A stretch of 64,000 nt of DNA, from IMG/VR virus record IMGVR_UViG_3300027319_000001; one strand, given 5' to 3'. Below the pieces are notes generated by a model, which was given only the letters and a program-made list of their open reading frames with translations, did no database searches and was not told the DNA's origin. Positions 62,102-64,000 of the stretch are shown here, piece by piece (within the stretch, counting starts at the first letter, position 1; every line of letters starts with the position of its first letter). The DNA comes from a virus. The position numbers and the translations under genes were made by a program.

Positions 62102-62330
62102 TAGGGGCGTCCTGCAGGGAATGGAGCACAGGGAGGTAGCCGTGAGAGGCAGAGCGTTAGGGAATAGCGGCGGTTCCAGCAGATCTCCGCCTAGAGACCC
62201 GGCCCTATTAGGGAGGGTGGGCGGGACACTCGACTAGTTCGGTTATAGGGAGTGCGGCTGGTGTTGCCGCACTCCCACTAATCGGCCTAGCCGAGACGAC
62301 CACCAAACCGCACCATAACCGGAGGAAACC

Positions 62331-62585
62331 ATGACTCGTGTCATCCCCAAACACGCCCGAATCATTAATCGGCGTTGGGCGTTGAAGGACGGGGAGGTGG
62401 CTTGGGTCGTGATGTACGACGCGACCGTGCCCTGCCGCCGTCGCGGTGAATCCAAGCTGGTTTTCGGTCTCGCTAAATACATCTCCCGTGGGGATGAAGT
62501 TATGATCCTCTCCCGCCGTGAGTATGGGGAGGAAGAGCTGAGCCAACTCCAGGACAGCTTTGAGTCTGCGTGTGCCACCCTCTAG
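62331..62585 (+). CDS. Hypothetical protein
   Basis: RBS ggagg + ATG 62331; 84 aa. Confidence 0.5.
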   Translation: MTRVIPKHARIINRRWALKDGEVAWVVMYDATVPCRRRGESKLVFGLAKYISRGDEVMILSRREYGEEELSQLQDSFESACATL

Positions 62586-62606
62586 TTGACGTGACAAGGA
62601 GGACAA

Positions 62607-62882
62607 ATGCGAGCAAGAGACATTCTTCTCGTCGTGGGCACCACACTCTGTGCCATCGCCGTCGCCATTCCTATCACGGCGGCGCTCCACTCGGCGGAGC
62701 CCACCGCCGAGGAGCGGAGAGCCCGAGCGGACTCCAGAATCAAAAACAACACCAGGGTCGTGGTGTTGACAGTCGAAGGGCGGGAGCTCCCGTGCGTCGT
62801 GTGGACCGGAAGCCGCATGGGCGGGATCTCCTGCGATTGGTCGAGATGGGGTCAAACGCCCACCCCGGCCCCCACCAACTAG
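62607..62882 (+). CDS. Small secreted or membrane-anchored protein
   Basis: RBS aggagg; N-terminal hydrophobic segment ILLVVGTTLCAIAVAIPITAAL. Confidence 0.5.
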   Translation: MRARDILLVVGTTLCAIAVAIPITAALHSAEPTAEERRARADSRIKNNTRVVVLTVEGRELPCVVWTGSRMGGISCDWSRWGQTPTPAPTN

Positions 62883-62916
62883 CACGCTGCATCCAATTCT
62901 CAACTCAAAAGGGACG

Positions 62917-63318
62917 ATGATGATGATCGTCAACCTGACCCCGCACCCCATCCACATCTACGCGCCGGACACCCCGGATGTGGTCGGCCCGGAGCACAAA
63001 CCCCTCTACACTATCCAGCCGTCCGGCACCTACGCCCGCATCACCACCACACGCACTCCCAGCGGCACCATCACGGTCGGCGGCTGGGAGGTCCCCCTCG
63101 TGGAAACAACCTACGGAAGTGTCGTTGACCTCCCCGACCCCAAGCCTGGGGTGCTCTATCTGGTGAGCTTGGCGTGTGCCACGGAGATGCGGCACTCCGG
63201 CCGAGACGACCTCATCGTCGTCGACAGGCTCGTACGCAACTCGGAGGGCACGGTTGTGGGAGCGCGCGGCTTCAGCCGCGTCGCGACGCGGATGATCGAC
63301 CACGATACAGTCGACTAG
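62917..63318 (+). CDS. Hypothetical protein
   Basis: 133-aa ORF (MMMIVNLTPHPIHIY...); I recall similar N-termini in actinophage/plasmid genes but cannot name a family. Confidence 0.55.
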   Translation: MMMIVNLTPHPIHIYAPDTPDVVGPEHKPLYTIQPSGTYARITTTRTPSGTITVGGWEVPLVETTYGSVVDLPDPKPGVLYLVSLACATEMRHSGRDDLIVVDRLVRNSEGTVVGARGFSRVATRMIDHDTVD

Positions 63319-63329
63319 CGGCATCACCG

Positions 63330-63377
63330 GTAGTTGGCAGCCCCGGTCTTCAGGCCGGGGCTTGCGCCGCCAACTAC
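63330..63377. repeat. Copy B of the hairpin module (two-level stem-loop)
   Basis: Outer gtagttggc 63330-63338 / gccaactac 63369-63377; inner agccccggtc TTCA ggccggggct 63339-63362. Confidence 0.6.
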
Positions 63378-63406
63378 ATCATTGAATAGCACCCATCGGA
63401 GGAAAA

Positions 63407-63892
63407 ATGGCTTGGGACATTCTTCGCATCGGCAGACCGAAGCACTTGGGTGGTACGGATTACTACCGCCATGTTACCGCTGTCCAGTGCCCAAAGTGCC
63501 GGGAACTGGAGGTCACTGTATACGATGATTTCAGCGGAGAGTATCGGTGCATGGCGTGCGATAGAAATATCGGCACGCCTAAGGAAATCGTAATCACTGT
63601 TTGGAATGAATTCACCAATCACACAAAGTCGCAACAAGGGCGACGTCCCGGCTGTCGTTGGTGCCGTACCGGAACCTACGGTATGTGTGCTGAAGGCATG
63701 AAGTACCTCAGCAGGATCAGGGAGCACGAGGTTAGGTATGAGGTCCCCTACCTTGCCATTCTGGGGACAGGTCCGGACAGCATGATTGAGGTTCGCGCGC
63801 TTTGGCATACACAGGAGAGGGATATCACCCGGGTCATGCACCCACACGCTGTGCTAGTGGATCAGCCCCACATTTTCCAGGTTCTGTGGTGA
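63407..63892 (+). CDS. Zinc-ribbon protein, AT-richer gene
   Basis: CPKCRE...CMACDR and CRWCRTG...C; 161 aa; bracketed by hairpin modules B and C. Confidence 0.55.
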   Translation: MAWDILRIGRPKHLGGTDYYRHVTAVQCPKCRELEVTVYDDFSGEYRCMACDRNIGTPKEIVITVWNEFTNHTKSQQGRRPGCRWCRTGTYGMCAEGMKYLSRIREHEVRYEVPYLAILGTGPDSMIEVRALWHTQERDITRVMHPHAVLVDQPHIFQVLW

Positions 63893-63908
63893 ACCTCAGC
63901 GTTGACCG

Positions 63909-63960
63909 GTAGTTTGGCGCGCAAGAGCCCCGGCCTTCAGGCCGGGGAGCGCGTCAACTA
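63909..63960. repeat. Copy C of the hairpin module
   Basis: gtagtttggcgcgc ... ccccggcc TTCA ggccgggg (63928-63947) ... agcgcgtcaacta; its 32-nt core matches 43313-43343. Confidence 0.6.
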
Positions 63961-64000
63961 GGCGCGACACACCACCGCCGCCGCCCGGCAGCGGGGCGGC

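Noticed and set aside
62208-62957. 249-aa minus-strand ORF spanning three + strand genes
   Set aside because: It overlaps three + strand ORFs that each have good RBSs, and its composition (Gly/Arg/Pro runs) looks non-coding.
63928-63947. Possible suppressor/Sec tRNA anticodon arm (CUUCAGG loop would give anticodon UCA)
   Set aside because: The sequence folds better as an 8-bp stem with a 4-nt TTCA loop. There is no acceptor stem, D-arm or T-arm (GTTCRA) around any of the three copies.
1-64000. Integrase/attP, transposase, hsdR, terminase and portal genes
   Set aside because: No ORF in the window shows tyrosine or serine recombinase, DDE, HsdR helicase-nuclease, terminase ATPase or portal motifs that I can recognise. 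I therefore make no claim about lysogeny or packaging, and these genes may lie outside the window.

Overview
The window reads as most of a contractile-tailed (myovirus-type) phage or prophage of a high-GC Gram-positive, actinobacterial-type host. The host call rests on a WhiB gene, GTG/TTG starts and the codon bias. Nearly all genes are on the + strand. All functions below come from motifs I recognise by eye plus synteny; I ran no searches.

Layout:
- 1-27.3 kb, virion module: a major capsid gene that appears split by a 267-nt group I-like intron, head/neck genes, sheath, tube, chaperone, a 1118-aa tape measure, baseplate (LysM, hub, spike, gp25-like, J-like), three tandem paralogous fibre-type genes, two large carbohydrate-binding fibre proteins and two membrane proteins.
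- 27.4-48 kb, replication and nucleotide metabolism: acidic early protein, HTH initiator with an internal ori-like repeat/AT-rich region, DnaC-like loader, DnaB, primase, SNF2 helicase, MerR-like protein, gp32-like SSB, Pol I, class II RNR, RecA, WhiB, Cas4-like nuclease, ThyX, dNMP kinase and RuvC.
- 48-56.4 kb: a SpoVS homologue, a block of tiny coupled ORFs, a CHAP endolysin, a nucleotidyltransferase-fold protein and a DpdA/TGT-like fusion protein.
- 56.4-64 kb, mosaic accessory arm: a type I methyltransferase (hsdM with host-like GC3, plus hsdS) and no hsdR in the window. Next to it are a two-gene cassette of unknown function bracketed by 50-bp direct repeats, a HicA-like gene, iterated repeats, tandem duplications over start codons and hairpin-bracketed small genes.

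Most notable observations: the capsid intron, the repeat-flanked cassette beside the orphan type I methyltransferase, and a dispersed CGTAYCAACT/TAGTTG motif family. I saw no tRNA, rRNA, CRISPR array, integrase or transposase.
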